This document shows positions 36,614-49,980 of a stretch of 64,000 nucleotides of DNA, piece by piece. The notes below the pieces were generated by a model, which was given only the letters and a program-made list of their open reading frames with translations, made no database searches and had not been told where the DNA came from. The position numbers and the translations under genes are program-made. This stretch comes from Camelus dromedarius (lineage: Eukaryota), in the NCBI RefSeq assembly GCF_036321535.1, contig NC_087449.1, positions 17,794,001-17,858,000 of the forward strand, written 5' to 3'. Position 1 is the first letter of the stretch, and every line of letters begins with the position of its first letter.

Positions 36614-38760
36614 TGTGTTAGTCAGGTTTAGGAACAGTTGTGAGTGACAAAACCCAAAATAGTGACTTAAACAAAAATATGGTTTTATTTCTCTCTTACA
36701 TGGAAGCCTGAAATAGACAGTCCAGGGCCAGACTGGCGTCACAATATCCAGGACACAGGCTCCTTGCACGATTTTTTTCCACTGCATGGCATCCATTCCC
36801 AGGTTACCTGGTGGCCTGAGGTGTCCCTTCCAGTCATAGCATCATGTCTGTACGTCAGGCTGTAGGAAGAGCAGAGGGAAGGAGACGGCCTCCCTCTTTT
36901 CCTGTATAAATACTTCTCCAAGTTTGCACACACTACTTACACTTTTCTGCATGTTAAGTAGTGTTTATTTCTTACATTTTAATAAAAAGGTGTATATTTA
37001 AGATGTGCCACATGATGATTTTATATATAGTGAAATGATTACTACAATCGAGATAATTATCCTATCTTCTTTTCACATTTTTTTTGTCTGTGATGAAAGA
37101 ATCTAAAACCTACTCTCGTGTAAATTTCCGATATTCAACACAGGATTATTAACTACAGTCATCATTCTGTACAGTAGACCTCTAGGCAGTCATCTTGCAT
37201 AACTGCAATTTTGTACCCTTTGACCGACAGCTCCCTAACTCCCCCGCCTCCCTGCCCCTGGTAACCACTCTTCTACTCTCTGCTTCTATGTATTTGACTT
37301 TTTAAAATTCCACATATAAGTGGGATCGTATCAATTTTTTTCTTCCTACCTGGCTTATTTCACTTAGTATAATATTCTCTGTTAGTGAGAACTGAATGCT
37401 TTGCCAAAAATTGTTTCTTTTATAATGGGAAAAAGATACAGTGGATATTGAGGGACCACGAGCGGTTAGTACTGAAAGTCTGTCTCTCTGTGACTCCAGT
37501 ATCCAGGCGTGCCCATCTTCCTGCATACAGAGCATGTCCATTCCTATCAGAGGTCGATGACCACGACGCTCCATCATATGCTGAGTGTCCAGGATCTCTG
37601 GGTGATGGACAGTCTCCTTGTCAGCCTGAGTGTGACGTGTCCGGTCAGGTAACCTTGAGATGGAAACAAATGTTCTCCGTCACACAGAAGCCCAGTATAC
37701 TGTGGTGGCATATAAACCAGGACACTGTAATTGCACTCCCATTCTGAGAAGGGGAGAAAGGGAAACCCACAGCAGCCACTTATCCATAGCAATGATCAGA
37801 TCATGCCAGTTTGAAGAATCCAGACTCCCTCTCCTGGTAGGTTGTACGTTCCTCAGACAGACCACTGGGCAAGCTACTCATTCTTGTACTGGGAAGAACT
37901 TCCAAGTCCCTTGTGTTTGTCCTCTTGGAAATTCTTTCTTGGACACTAGGCTCCGTGACTACCCCTGAAGTTAGCATTGGAGGATGAACAGCCTGCGTGC
38001 CCCACTTTGCACCCATGCAGACTGGGGACGGAGAGCTCTCTTTAAAAGTTAACAGCTACAGTGGTAGATCAGGCTTGTGATTTCTTTAACAAAACAGTTT
38101 GCTCAAAAACCTAGTAGGCTTTCAGCCTAGTCAATTTTATTTGTGAGCAACCTCAGAAAAGTATTTTTTGGTAGAAAGAGTTTTAAATACTGATGGCTTC
38201 GATCTTTTACTTACTGTCATCTTTGTTCTCTCTCAGTCAAACAGCAGCTACATTAAGGAGATCTGAGATGGTGGTTTGGATGGAAAGACAATACCCTTGG
38301 TCTTGTCTGCCTGCTCAGAGCTCACAGACTTCCCACCACAGGGCATTTGTCTTTTTTTGAGGCTGACACTTTGTAGCTACTGTTTTCACTGGCAACAGAA
38401 GCAATTGGCTTTTTCAGTGCTGCAAGATGTAAGTTACCAGACTCTCCATCAATTTAGATTGTACAGCCAGCCCCTCCTTTAGCAGAAGTGTATTCCCTCC
38501 CATCCCTGTAGACCAGCTAGCGCTGTGCTCAGTCCATGACTCTGAAAGTGGCACCATGCAGGCAGCACACGGTAGCCTTCTGCATTCTCCTGTTGCTGTC
38601 TGTTCCTTGAAGGTCACCATATTTGTGGATTTAGTCTCAGAAGAATTTCATATTATATCTTGAACAAATAGTTATTCTTCAAAAGATGTCCAGCATACCC
38701 CCAAATGAACAGAAATCTGAAAATAATCAAGATTAAACTGAACCAGAGATCATCAAAACA
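36614..38760 (-). mobile_element. MLT1J/K-type MaLR LTR (36614-~37471, split by an L1) followed by MLT1 internal region (~37472-38760)
   Basis: LTR start tgtgttagtcagg...agtgacaaaacccaaaatagtgacttaaacaa and LTR end gtggatattgagggaccac. Internal hallmarks gtccaggatctctgggtgatg, ggagaaagggaaacccacagcagccac and tccatagcaatgatcagatc. Confidence 0.65.
36975..37380 (-). mobile_element. L1MA9-like 3' end nested in the MaLR LTR
   Basis: catcttgcataactgcaattttgtaccctttgacc...cccctggtaaccactcttctactctctgcttctatg...ctggcttatttcacttagtataat. Confidence 0.85.
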
Positions 38761-39232
38761 ATTCATATATTTCAAGTTCAATGAAAAATCAATTATCTTC
38801 ACCAAATAAGGCACCATATGTGCATAGCACATAGGTGCATCCCTTCATGTAGAATTAGAGTGTGTAAGGAAAATAACTTCCCAGGGCTTCTGAGGAACTC
38901 TCAAGTTCCTGCGGCCAAAATAGAGCATTTATTTATTGATATCGCCATTATTCAGAGAAATGTGCTGGTTCTTAGTGGGGAGATTGATCAGAAAGAATTC
39001 TTACCACATGGACCCTGTCCTTACAAACTAATGACTTATAAACTTTCACCAACTACTTTATCCGTCTTCCCCTTCCCCTAATTTTAATTCCTCTCATTCC
39101 AGAGAAGAGAGGTAGTGACTGTTCTTTGGTATAACCAGTTCATGGTAGAACGTGGATTAAAAACTTAGCTCTCGTTGCACCTTGCTTTTTGCAACTGTGC
39201 TAAAGAAGGCTGAAGAAATCTGTGTCAATAAC

Positions 39233-39669
39233 TGTGAAGTGTGTGAGATTTTACTCTACTTACAAGCTAATGTTAGCTTGCCACAGCATCGTGGATGCCT
39301 GCAGAAAACACAAAACTCCCGGGTCAGAGATGTAAGACTTTATTATTCGCAGCAAAAACAAGAGCCAGAGAGGCAGCATGTTTGCTTTCGCGCCCTGAGC
39401 CCCACATTCCCACAGGGACAACATGGATGACCTACATGGGTGCTAGTACACGCCGTAGCTTCCTTTCGAAGAGAATGCTGAGCTTTGGGAACCCAGTGTT
39501 TCATAGCAGCCAGTAAGCAAGCCTGCTCGCAATGAGACATGACCTCCTCCTACAAGAAGTGGAAATAAAGAGCATTTACTCTTCATTCTGTACTGAAGCC
39601 ATGCATGCTTGCCAGTCCCAACAAAGCATGTGACAGTGGGAGATACCCATGAAAGAATGTCTCCTAACG
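39233..39669 (-). mobile_element. ERVL-type solo LTR (LTR40-like)
   Basis: tgtgaagtgtgtgagattttactctacttacaagctaa...gggtcagagatgtaagactttatt...gagatacccatgaaagaatgtctcctaac. The subfamily name is from memory. Confidence 0.7.
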
Positions 39670-39711
39670 ACCTGCAGAGACAGATAAAAATGGTGGGCGT
39701 ATCTTCAAAAG

Positions 39712-39872
39712 CAGCACTTCTCAAATTGCATTATGCACACAGATATACTGAGGACCTTGGCAAAATGCAGACTATTTGATTCTGGAGCAGAGGCTGAGGT
39801 CCTGAGTTTCTTCAAGTTCCCGAGGATGCTCATGCTGTGAGTCCAGGTATCATACATCATTAAATAGCAAGC
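39712..39872. mobile_element. MER5A (hAT-Charlie) MITE
   Basis: cagcacttctcaaattgcattatgcac...ggaccttggcaaaatgcagact...aagttcccgaggatgctcatgctg...tagcaag. Confidence 0.75.
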
Positions 39873-41371
39873 TCCAGGAGAAGTCTGGTTGAATCTGAAA
39901 ATGGCTTACTTAGGTCACCTTAATCCAGATTCTTGATTCCCTTTCAAAGGAATTGAGAGTCTTTCTAGTCCACTGCCTAGGATTTAGTAGACTGTGAGAG
40001 CTTGCTAAGCTGACACTGACTGAAAAATTATATGAGACCACAATGTGTATTCTGAGTAGACCCCCAGATACTGATTGATTAATTTACAAAAAGAGATTGA
40101 CTTAGATTATAATGTTCATATTGGCATCATCAATTCATTCTGTTCCTAAAATGAAGCCACATTAGAAGCCACATCATAATCAGAAGTTACTTTATTAATT
40201 CTTCATGAGAAACCACTTCCTGAGGACACAAAAATACTTGAAGTCTGGAAAGTCAGTCATTCTCTCCCTGTAGCCAGACCTGTGTAGGGCACCACATCAC
40301 AATCAGCAAGTTGTTTGGTGAGCGTAGAATCAGAACAAGAGGAGATAAATAAATCAAACAGTAAATAGCATTAGTCTAAAATCAACATTGCTTCATTCAT
40401 CTCACAAAAAAATTGGCAATTTTACCAGTGGGACAGAATATGCATAAAGTTCAGTAATTCCGGCTCCCTTTTCTCTGAGTGGTATGTACATCCCATCCAT
40501 CTCCAAATCCTTCTCCCAGCCCCCAGTCTCAGTTTACCTCTGTGACTTTGCTTTGTCCATGCATACAGCTGACCAAATCTTAGATCTCTCTCCTTCCCTC
40601 CCCTTGGGAGTAATATATTCTTTGTTTAGATGTGTTAATATATTCAATCTGGTTTCTGTCAAGTTCTGTTTGCTGTATAATCATTTTGTCTTTAAAAGGT
40701 AATTTTTTTGCACATACTTCTTTTGAGCTGTTGCTTTCATAATTTAACTCTCAGAGGACAAGCTAATTTCCCTCATTTTTAACTCTGCAGGTGAGGTGAA
40801 GGCATAGCCCATCCAAAAGACGTTTTGGTCTAAGTCCAGCCAATTATTTCATGGCTTATCTCTTCAACTGATTATTATTTGGGGACCCTGTTAGAATGAA
40901 AAAAAAAAAATTACTCTGAGGTAAAAATGTTTTAAATGAGCTTTCCTTCTCCTTGAAAACTTTTACTAAAGTTGTCATTGAAGGCCACATGCGTGAATTA
41001 TGCTACCAATGTTCAGACCACATCAAATGTTGTGCAATATTCCTGTAAAATTTCAAAAGAATATGACATGAATATATATATGTATGTAACATATATTTCT
41101 GTTGGGGAAACTGACACCAAGTAGCTAGTACATTTCCCTGAGAGTTAGTGGTAGAATCCAGACCAGAAGCCACATCACCTGATTCTTCCTAAAAACATTG
41201 CCTCAAGGACAGAATTAAACATTATTGCCTACTTTGTTAGGCATAATTTGTACAATACTATTCAGAGTTCTAATTTAAGATAACATGGATTCATAGTATT
41301 ATGCATCAGACTGAGAGACTTTAATCAGCATCTTCTTATGTGAGCACACGTATGTTTTATGTATCTTTATA

Positions 41372-41820
41372 TGTATTAGTTAGGGATTAAGTTCCATTGC
41401 AGATAAAAAGTGTCTGATAAACAGTGTCTTTACAAATCGGTGGTTTGGTTTTCCTTGTGTAACTGAAAGTCTAGAGATAAGTAAACTGGTCCATCCTGTT
41501 GGTACAACAGTGTTAACATGGACCAAGCAATCTATCCCTTCAACCTCTCTGAGGGTGCTGTTGTCTTATTTGCACAGAAGGGCAGATAGCACTCCAACAT
41601 CACAACCATGTTCCAAGTAAAAAGAAGCGAAGGGCATAGGATGGTGGAATCTGCTGTCTTTTGAGGAACTTTCCCAGAAGCTCTACCCAGTGATTTCTAC
41701 TTGTATTTCGTTGTCTGAAGTATGTCATGTAACCACTCCACTTGTAAAGAAGGCTAAAAACTGTAGTTTGTTTTTCAGTTGGCCCCACTGCTGCCCTAAC
41801 AGAATCAGCTCTTAAGTGTC
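41372..41820 (-). mobile_element. MLT1K/J-type MaLR solo LTR
   Basis: tgtattagttagg...ttgaggaactttcccagaagctctacccagtgatttctac...gtcatgtaaccactcc. Confidence 0.75.
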
Positions 41821-41829
41821 AAATCAGAA

Positions 41830-41965
41830 ATCTAGCCTGAGATTCAAAAGAAGCTGCTTCTTTTCCTGGCTTAGCCATTTCCTTGATCTGTGACTTTGAG
41901 CAAGTCACCCCATGTCTGTGAAACTCATTCTCCTTGTTCATGAAATGGAGTGAAATTAAATAGGT
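41830..41965 (+). mobile_element. MIR SINE
   Basis: ctgtgactttgagcaagtcac...ctcattctccttgttcatgaaatggag. Confidence 0.65.
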
Positions 41966-44900
41966 ATATTTAGTTTTGAAAATTCCAATAAACTAAGTAG
42001 GTTCTTCTATATTGTAGCTGATCGTTTTACCCAGAAGTCCATCAGGGTAAAATAGTAAAAGTAAAAAGTAAAATAGTAGGCTCAGACCCGGAGGTGGATG
42101 TTTCTCGCCCTCCTGTAACTCTTACCCCTTCACCCAGGAGAGACAGTGAGGCGTAGGGCAGAGACACCGAGACAGATAAAAACAGACTGACCTGGCAAGC
42201 TTTCTGGTTTACACAATGCATCTCACAACTCTGGATGTCATTGGCTGTTGAACAGATAGCTGCAGAGGCCTCGGCTGAATCTTTTTCTTTTTTCCAACCG
42301 AAACTTTTAACCTTTCAAATTACTATCAGGAAGATGTGGGGCCTGAATATCCCAATGTCCAGGCTCCTTTCTCTCCACCCAGCAGCTCTGCCTGTCCATG
42401 TAATCATGATCTAGCTGGGTCTCACTTTCATAGAGACAGTCCTTTATTTCTAGATAGAGCTCTCTTTACAGTCCTCTTAGGTGATATACAAAGAAACTCA
42501 TATGTTACATCTTATGCATCTGACTAGTTCAACAAAATTCCTAATTTCAATAGCAAACTGCTTCTGTTCTTAACAAGCAAATAACTTATTTAACAAACAC
42601 ACAGGGTTCCTAAACTGGAAGCAGTGTCACCACGTGACTTCATGTGTGGGAGGGGGAGGCTTGCAGCAAATGAAGATTCTCCCCAAAACCCTTAGCCGCT
42701 ACAAGAACTCAGCCTCTGGAAGTTTCCTTTGGCCCTAGACTCCTCCAGGGGCACCTTCTTTGCCAGTTATCCAGGAACTGAAAATTGCTGTTAATATGAT
42801 ATTATCAAGCCAATCTAAGTGGTCATCCTTTTTCAAGTGTTCACTGATTACTCCTCTTGGGGTCCCTTTGGGGATGTAACAAACCAGAAGCAAAGCACCG
42901 TGTCTATTCATTTATTAGGGTCTAGCACAGTGATACGTGCAGTCAGGCATTATTAATTGATGCTGTTTCCATAGCAATGACTCTCACCTAGAGTAAACTA
43001 ATACACTTACAGGTTTGCAAAATACACTTGAACACATAGAGGTGCATTTAAAAGAACATATATGTCTGCTATTTAAAGCCTCTGGACCTAGAGTGTACAT
43101 GTTTGGCCCCTATTTTGCAGCAAGAGTTTGTGGTGGTGTATAAAATGCCATGGAATTAGCAGCAGCAGATGCTCTGTTTTTCTCAATAGTGAGAAACGAA
43201 TTACCATGCAGGGTACTGGCGCTGAACGTATCATCTCCTGTTCAGATTCCTGAAAATAAGTGTGTGCTGTGAGCTTGTGCTCACTTCAGACAAAACAGCG
43301 CCTGCAGCAGCAGTGATGATGGCTTGGTCTTGGTCTGGACAGAGCTTTGCTTTGTAGTTGTTTACGTGTCCTCTTCGTTAGGGGCAGTTAGAATTTCCCA
43401 GAATCTCAACAGCCTGCTCTCTGCCTTTGTTTAGACTTGCTATATGTCACAAACGCAACGGGCACTTTGAGGAGTTGTGATTAAGAGTAAGGAATGGAGA
43501 GCAGAGAGGTCGCAAATGTTTGGATGGCTTGTTAGAATTTAGACTCTAAAGAACGACTTGCAACAGCTGAAGCCTAATTAAACCCAGAAATCATCAGTAT
43601 TTTAATGTAGAGACAAAGACTGATGCCCAGCGTTAATGTGAAAAATGAAAGCTCTAAAATACGGCCTAAACACGGTGTGAATTTACAACACAAAGAGTTG
43701 TCTGTCACCTCTGCCCTGTTCCAGGCTTAGACTGGATATCGTATGAAAATTAGCTGTAAGGTAGGCAAGGCATGTTAGTTTGTGCCAATTTTACACCCTT
43801 GACTTTTGAAAAATATATGTTCTAAAAAGTGTACTTTGAAGAGAGCAGCTTTGTGTATAACATCTCACATTTGAGATTTTAAAATGTTTTTATTGTTTTT
43901 GCAGCTATCAGTCTTACGTGTTTCAGCCAGTTACTGTGTTTGACCTGGATCGTGACAAAATCAATTTGGTCAGTCGTACAGAAAACAATTGTTTATTAAA
44001 ACATGGTAAATTCATGACGCTGACTCAGACTATAATTAGCAATAGATGTATTTGTGCTCCGAGGAATTATGAGACTAGTCCTGTGTTGACTGGATAATAT
44101 GATAGTGTCGTCCCTGAATATGCTTTGTGCAGTAACTAAACACACGGCGGCTCTTCCATCTTGACTTTCAGAAAACTTCAGCAAAGTCTGTCCCAAAACG
44201 TATTCATGACTAAGAAGGAAGTAATCGTACAATGCTATTTTTGGCTAAAATGTGTCCCACTTCCTAATATGAATTTTCACATGGTGTAATAAGCTCTTCT
44301 TGCCCATTAATGTACTAGTTAGTTTAAATCAAGGTCCAAAATGAAAACTTGCTTCTTGACACACCATCAGTTTAGTTCGCCAGTTAGCTAACACACATAA
44401 AATCAAAGACAGACATCAGTAAACTGTCTTTTTTCATAAATGTAGCACAAATAAGCAGAAACCATGCAAGCACGGCCACCAACACTACATTTACAAAAGC
44501 TCTGGACCAAGCCATCAGCTACAAGGGAAACGCTTTATTAACTCTAGTCTTTCAATTTGGTTAAAGCTTATGAACATTTTAGCTGGTTTTCCTCTGGGAA
44601 CTGTAATGATTTGTTCTATAAAATGTAATCGTTATGCCTTTATGCATTAAAAAGAATGAGATGGCTAGAATCATATGGTAATATTTCAGAACATTTTTCT
44701 TTAAGAAGTAATCATAATAATAAGTACCCAGTATAAACAAAGTTTATAAGTCCTATTAAGGAAAAATTTTACTGTGCAGCATGAAGTAATTTGACCACTG
44801 GAAGAATGCATTAACAAGTTAAAAAAGAAGTATTTATAATACAAAGGTTTCATTTGGTATCTTTTACCTGAACGGTACATGTCTCTACTAGGTAGTAGTT

Positions 44901-46219
44901 ATATGTCACTTCCCAATTTATAAATGTAGGTAATTTTATGACTTGTAAAGCCATACAGATCCAGTGTATAACGCAGGTTAATGTACCAGAGCTAGTAAAA
45001 AAAAAAAAAAAAGGTATATTCATTCAGACCCTCAAGCAGGCAAGCATATCTAGTCCTAGGAGGGAGGACCAATACAAAGTTCTGTGAGTGTCAGCAGCAC
45101 TAGGGTACAAATGTAGCTATGTGCCACTTGTCAAAGAAAAGACCATGTACTAAAAAATCCAAGCCTATACTAATAATAAATTACAAACAGCTTCTTGTAT
45201 TAAAAGACATAAAAGTGACTAAACTCTTCTCTCCCAGAATCCCTTTAGAACATGGCTGTCCTTGGAAAACTCCTCTGTGGGTCAACAGGTTATGAAAAAA
45301 CAAAGTAGATGGTATTGTCCAAATTACACGAAGTGCTTAAAAACACTTAATCTGAATTATCTTGTGGAGGAATTTCTTTTTTTCCCCCAGTGTTTCAGAA
45401 AACTGAGGCGTGAAAAAAGTAAGCAGTCCAAAGTCACAGAAAGAATTAGTGGCAGTTATAAAGCCAGAACCTTGTTTTGTAAAAGTTGGTACTTGTTGCA
45501 CTGTGACCACCACCATTGGAAAGGAAATAGCCAGTGCTTGAGCAAGAGTGGAGAAGATGGGATGACCCCATTGGGGACGTGTCTGAACTGCTTTGAGGGT
45601 CACCTGAAACACCAGTTCAAGTCACCAGTCTGTAGCTCAACTGGGGAGAGAATCCTTCGTGACTTCACAGGGACTGATGCCTTTGGTCACCTTTGGTCAC
45701 CTTTGGTCAAGGTGACACCCTGCAGCTCTCTCCCTGGGCAACCCGAATAAAGTCCAAGCACCAGATATTTATTATCTCAACTCTACACTCGGCGAGGGCA
45801 GGAACCACGTGTAACCCCAATAAAACTGGGTTATCTCGTTTTAAAATTAAATAAGTAAACATGACTTTAAAAACCTTGCAATGGTAATCTAGACCATTAC
45901 TGAAAGTTTCCTTAAGAATGTGGGGAAAAATTCGCCAAATTATTCCCACAGCAATAATAATACATCTCTTTATTTCTCTCTGAAATGCACTAAACCTCTC
46001 GTTATCTGCTCAGACACAGGTTTTTCTTCTGTCTCCCTTCAAGCTCAGGTTGTGCTGGCTCATGCTCTTTCTCCCTCCTTCCCGTCTTTTCAGCCCCTCC
46101 TTTCACCATCAGATCATTCGTATTTCTTTCTTATGTGAAGTGATTTATTTATCTAAAATTCTAAAATTTATACAGCTAACAAGAGATAACAAAGGACCCT
46201 TGCCCCCAAGAAACACTAT

Positions 46220-46420
46220 ATATAAATATATATTTCTTACATTTATATATGTGCACACACATACATATACACAGGTACACATATGAAATATATTTAATTC
46301 TTATAATTTTGTATTCTACATGTACACATATGTAGACATAGACACATATGTAGACAGACACATATACAGACATCACACGTATAATATATATACATACCAT
46401 ATATAAATATATGTATACAA
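46220..46420. repeat. (TA/CA)-rich low-complexity tract
   Basis: Degenerate tatata/cacata/tagaca repeats, direct reading. Confidence 0.85.
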
Positions 46421-47929
46421 GCAGATTTTTATACTTTTAATTTAGAGTGTCCATTCACATCCTCACTTATATGTTTTTAACTTAAAATCGGAAAATGAAT
46501 TCCCAACACTGGACTCATCACAAAGTAACTTCAATAAATATTTGACTGACTCAACAATGAGCAAATTACTTACTTTCTGAGTTTGCTTGTCTGGAATGTA
46601 TGAATGACTTCTTAAGTCCTCGGGGTCTCCTGGAAGCCTAGCCCTGTTCCTGTTCTCCCAGTTTTTCTCCCTGGGTCCCTAGACAGTCATTCAGGGGTAA
46701 AAGAAGAGAATCAGTGGTGGAACGGATACACATTTGGCAGAAATGATTCTTCACTAGCGCCCCCACACTGGGAAGACTGATCTCAGATGTGGAGTACATA
46801 TTTCCTGTAAAGGAAACTTGAAGAGGACTCTAGCCTGCTCACTTCATAAACAGGTTAATAAAATAACTTCCCTAAAATAATCAAGAAATCAATAACCTAA
46901 CTGACAATAAGCAAAGGCACCTCTTCTCTTGATATACGTGTGATTGAATGGGTGGGATGGAAATGCTATCATTTCATGAGTCTTTGAACTTACTTACATA
47001 CATTGCATACACTGATACACTTTATTGTGAGTGAACAATGACAGAAATCAATTACAATATGAAATCTAGAATGAATAACACAGAAAACTGAATTCCTACA
47101 TGTCTCTATTATGTGAAAATCAAGTGATAGTAGAGCAATTGCCCAGTTTACCTGAATTTTATTCTGAGTATCAAGAAAGCCGAAAAGCAGCTACATATAA
47201 ACAGTCGTTACTAGAGAACATAAGTAACTGTTCAAAAAAAAAATCACAGGTGATTACATTAAAATATAGATAATAGCAAATGCTTATCAATGCCAATATC
47301 ATTTCTGACTTTTCCTGGAAATATTATTTTTAGAACAATCTTCCCTCAAATCACTTTTCTAATACTCAGCTACTACATTCATTGCAGAATCTAAATAAAA
47401 AATACACTTTTAAAACTGTGCCAAATTCTGCACTACCTAATAAATTTTATCCCAAGCAGTTTGGGAATATGATGGAAATAGGGGCCAAAGGGGGGGGAAC
47501 AAAAAGCAAAGAAAATAATGGTGGTTCGTCTGCATTTCTCTAAATAAAAGTAAAACATCTCTTCCTTTTCTTTACTTTAGTCTCAAACTGTCCTCAAGGA
47601 ATCAGAAAGCCTTTCCTAGACTCCTAGTGCTTAATCCTTTGATTGCATACTTTGCTACGTTCTCTACTTCTGCATCCGTGTCAATTAAAGAGATTTTAAG
47701 TGATAGTAGATTGATTATCTTATATTTAAGTTTTTAAATCTGATTAAAAAGAAAGAGATGAGGGCTAAACCATAGATTTAGGGTATTAACAAGGGGGCAT
47801 CACTGAACATCTCCTCAGCTCGGGGGTGTCATGACTGCATTCTGCACCCACCACATCAAATGTAAGAGGCCGAGCCCATGGCCTCCTATGACCTTACCAG
47901 ATGGCCTGTCAGTATGGTGATGTGATGCT

Positions 47930-48290
47930 CACGTGGAGTGAAAAGAGTCCAGAAGGGATGTAGACATCTCTTGCTCCATCCAGGATCAGTCATAGTGTGC
48001 AGTCAACTGATGAGTCTTAGGCAAGACAATGTGGAGTTCCTTCCTGCAGGCAAAACTGGAGGGTAGCTTATGGCTGGATTGCAGGTATTTGAAGGGAGAG
48101 CTCTCCACTGGCAAGAAGGCAGCTTCAGGTTCGCTCCTGGTCCCTCTAACCTTGTCCTTTACTGCTTTCTCTCTGGGGTCCACTCTCCTGATACTTCCTA
48201 AGCCACTTTCTTTCCATCCCTCATAACTATTCTGTGACAACACCCAAAGTATTTCCAAGAACATCATTTTCTCCAGCTGATCTGCTCTCT
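47930..48290 (+). mobile_element. Fossil reverse-transcriptase segment of an old L2/CR1-superfamily LINE
   Basis: Translations WLDCRYLKG...ASGSLLVPLTLS and LFCDNTQ (48227-48247) follow the order of RT motifs W..SYL.G, SG(VPQ)GSVLGPLLF and (Y/F)ADDTQ. Confidence 0.5.
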
Positions 48291-49104
48291 CGCCACCCCC
48301 AATAGTATTCTCTCCTTTTCAATATCTTCAACTTCCACTGCGTCCTTCATATTTGTTTTCCATCATAAGCTTCCCTCCAGCCTATGTGCTGTTTCTTTTT
48401 TCTGTCTTTCTGTGTACCTGGTGAAGAAACTGAATAGTCAGCTGGCACTCTCGGCATGTTACTGTCTGCATGCCAATACCTGTTGCTCTGTCCTATTTAG
48501 AGGGCCTGAGTTCTTGATGAGGAAATATGCTCTGCACAGAGACCAGTACAATGTTGGCAATCATAGGGAGAAACACTTATTTTCCCTGCTAAGCAAATAG
48601 CTTATTACCGAAAACCACTAAGAGCTGAGATGAAGCCTGCATACAAGAAATACATGAATCGTAAAAGTCTTAGGCTTAAACTATTATGCATGTATACGTG
48701 GAAGCCTGTACAAGGACACAGACTCCAGCTGTTTCTTGTAAGTTTTTTTTCTTTTCTTTTGAATATGCCTCCTCTAGTAACCCCAAGCCAAGGATTAAGT
48801 CAAATAGCATCTCAGTGGGAGTCTGATCCAACCCTGCTTCCGCATAAAATTCATACAAAGGCTCAAAGCCGTGGAAGCATGGCTTCCTCCCAGAAACCAT
48901 CAGGGAATGTTTTATTTACTACCATTTTATCCTACCTGGTTACCTCTCAATAAATGGGCTGTTGGCTGGTGTGTGGAGAGGATCTCAGTACTGGTTCTTC
49001 ACCTGAAAATACCCTTAAAAATTTATACGATTCCCTGCTGGTTTCTAATTGGCAGATACTCTTCGCTCATCCATAGAGGTAATGTGATATGCAGTACAAA
49101 TGGA

Positions 49105-49240
49105 TGAACCCCAGACTGGGAATCGGAAGACCTGGATTTTAACCACAGCTCTTCAGTAGGAGAGCTTGGAAAGTCACCTTAAGGTCTCAGGGTGTGGGAT
49201 AAGATTATCTCTAAATCCCTTTCTAGCTCTGAGTCAATGA
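49105..49240 (+). mobile_element. MIR3-like SINE
   Basis: agactgggaatcggaagacctggatttt...atctctaaatccctttctagctctgag. Confidence 0.65.
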
Positions 49241-49837
49241 TTAAATGAGCCGCAAGTTCCAGTTTTATCCCTGTGGGACATAGCGATGAATAGTCTTACC
49301 ATATCCTCATATTATTTGTGGCCTTGACAACTTTATGAAAATTATTGGTATCCAGAATTGATAAAAGATAGTTATTCATAAACTTTTCCTTATTTCTTTG
49401 AACTACAAAAGAAAATTGTGATCAAATCTGTTAGTTTTTTTTTTTTTTTTCCAGTGCCTGGAGTGCATCTTTGTACTTGTGAGCACTAAGACAGGAGAAG
49501 GAGATAGAGAAAATCTGAGTAGAGAGGGCACTAGGTTTTGAATTGTAGAAAATTGAGGTGTTAAAGAAACAGAGCTTGTGTTTTTCTGTTTTCAGAGCAA
49601 AAAGATAAAAAATAAAAATAAAAAACATGTAAAAGAAGATGGCAGAGTAGGGGAAATAAAAACTCGTGAAGTTTCACTGGTTACCATGATCTTGCCAAAT
49701 TTATGAGACCTTATACCAAATTTGCTAATTCTTAAATTATGGAAATGAAAGTTATGATTGTGTGGCAGTGACTATGGACTATGTGCGTCATGTATGATGT
49801 ACACACATTCCCTGGCAAGGAGGTGGTCATCCCAGAA

Positions 49838-49980
49838 CAGTGCTTCTCAAACTGTAAAAGTTCATGCATATCACCTGGGCATCTTGCTAAATAGTAGATT
49901 CTGATTAGTAGGTCTAAGCTGGGGTCTCAGGCTGCATTTCTTACAGATCCCAGGTAATACCGAAGCTTTGAGCAGCAAGG
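49838..49980. mobile_element. MER5A MITE, internally deleted
   Basis: cagtgcttctcaaact...atcacctgggcatcttgctaaa...gattctgatt...tttgagcagcaagg. Confidence 0.85.

Noticed and set aside
45262-45750. Longest ORF in the track (162 aa)
   Set aside because: TTG start, no recognisable domain, no flanking splice logic; consistent with chance in 64 kb.
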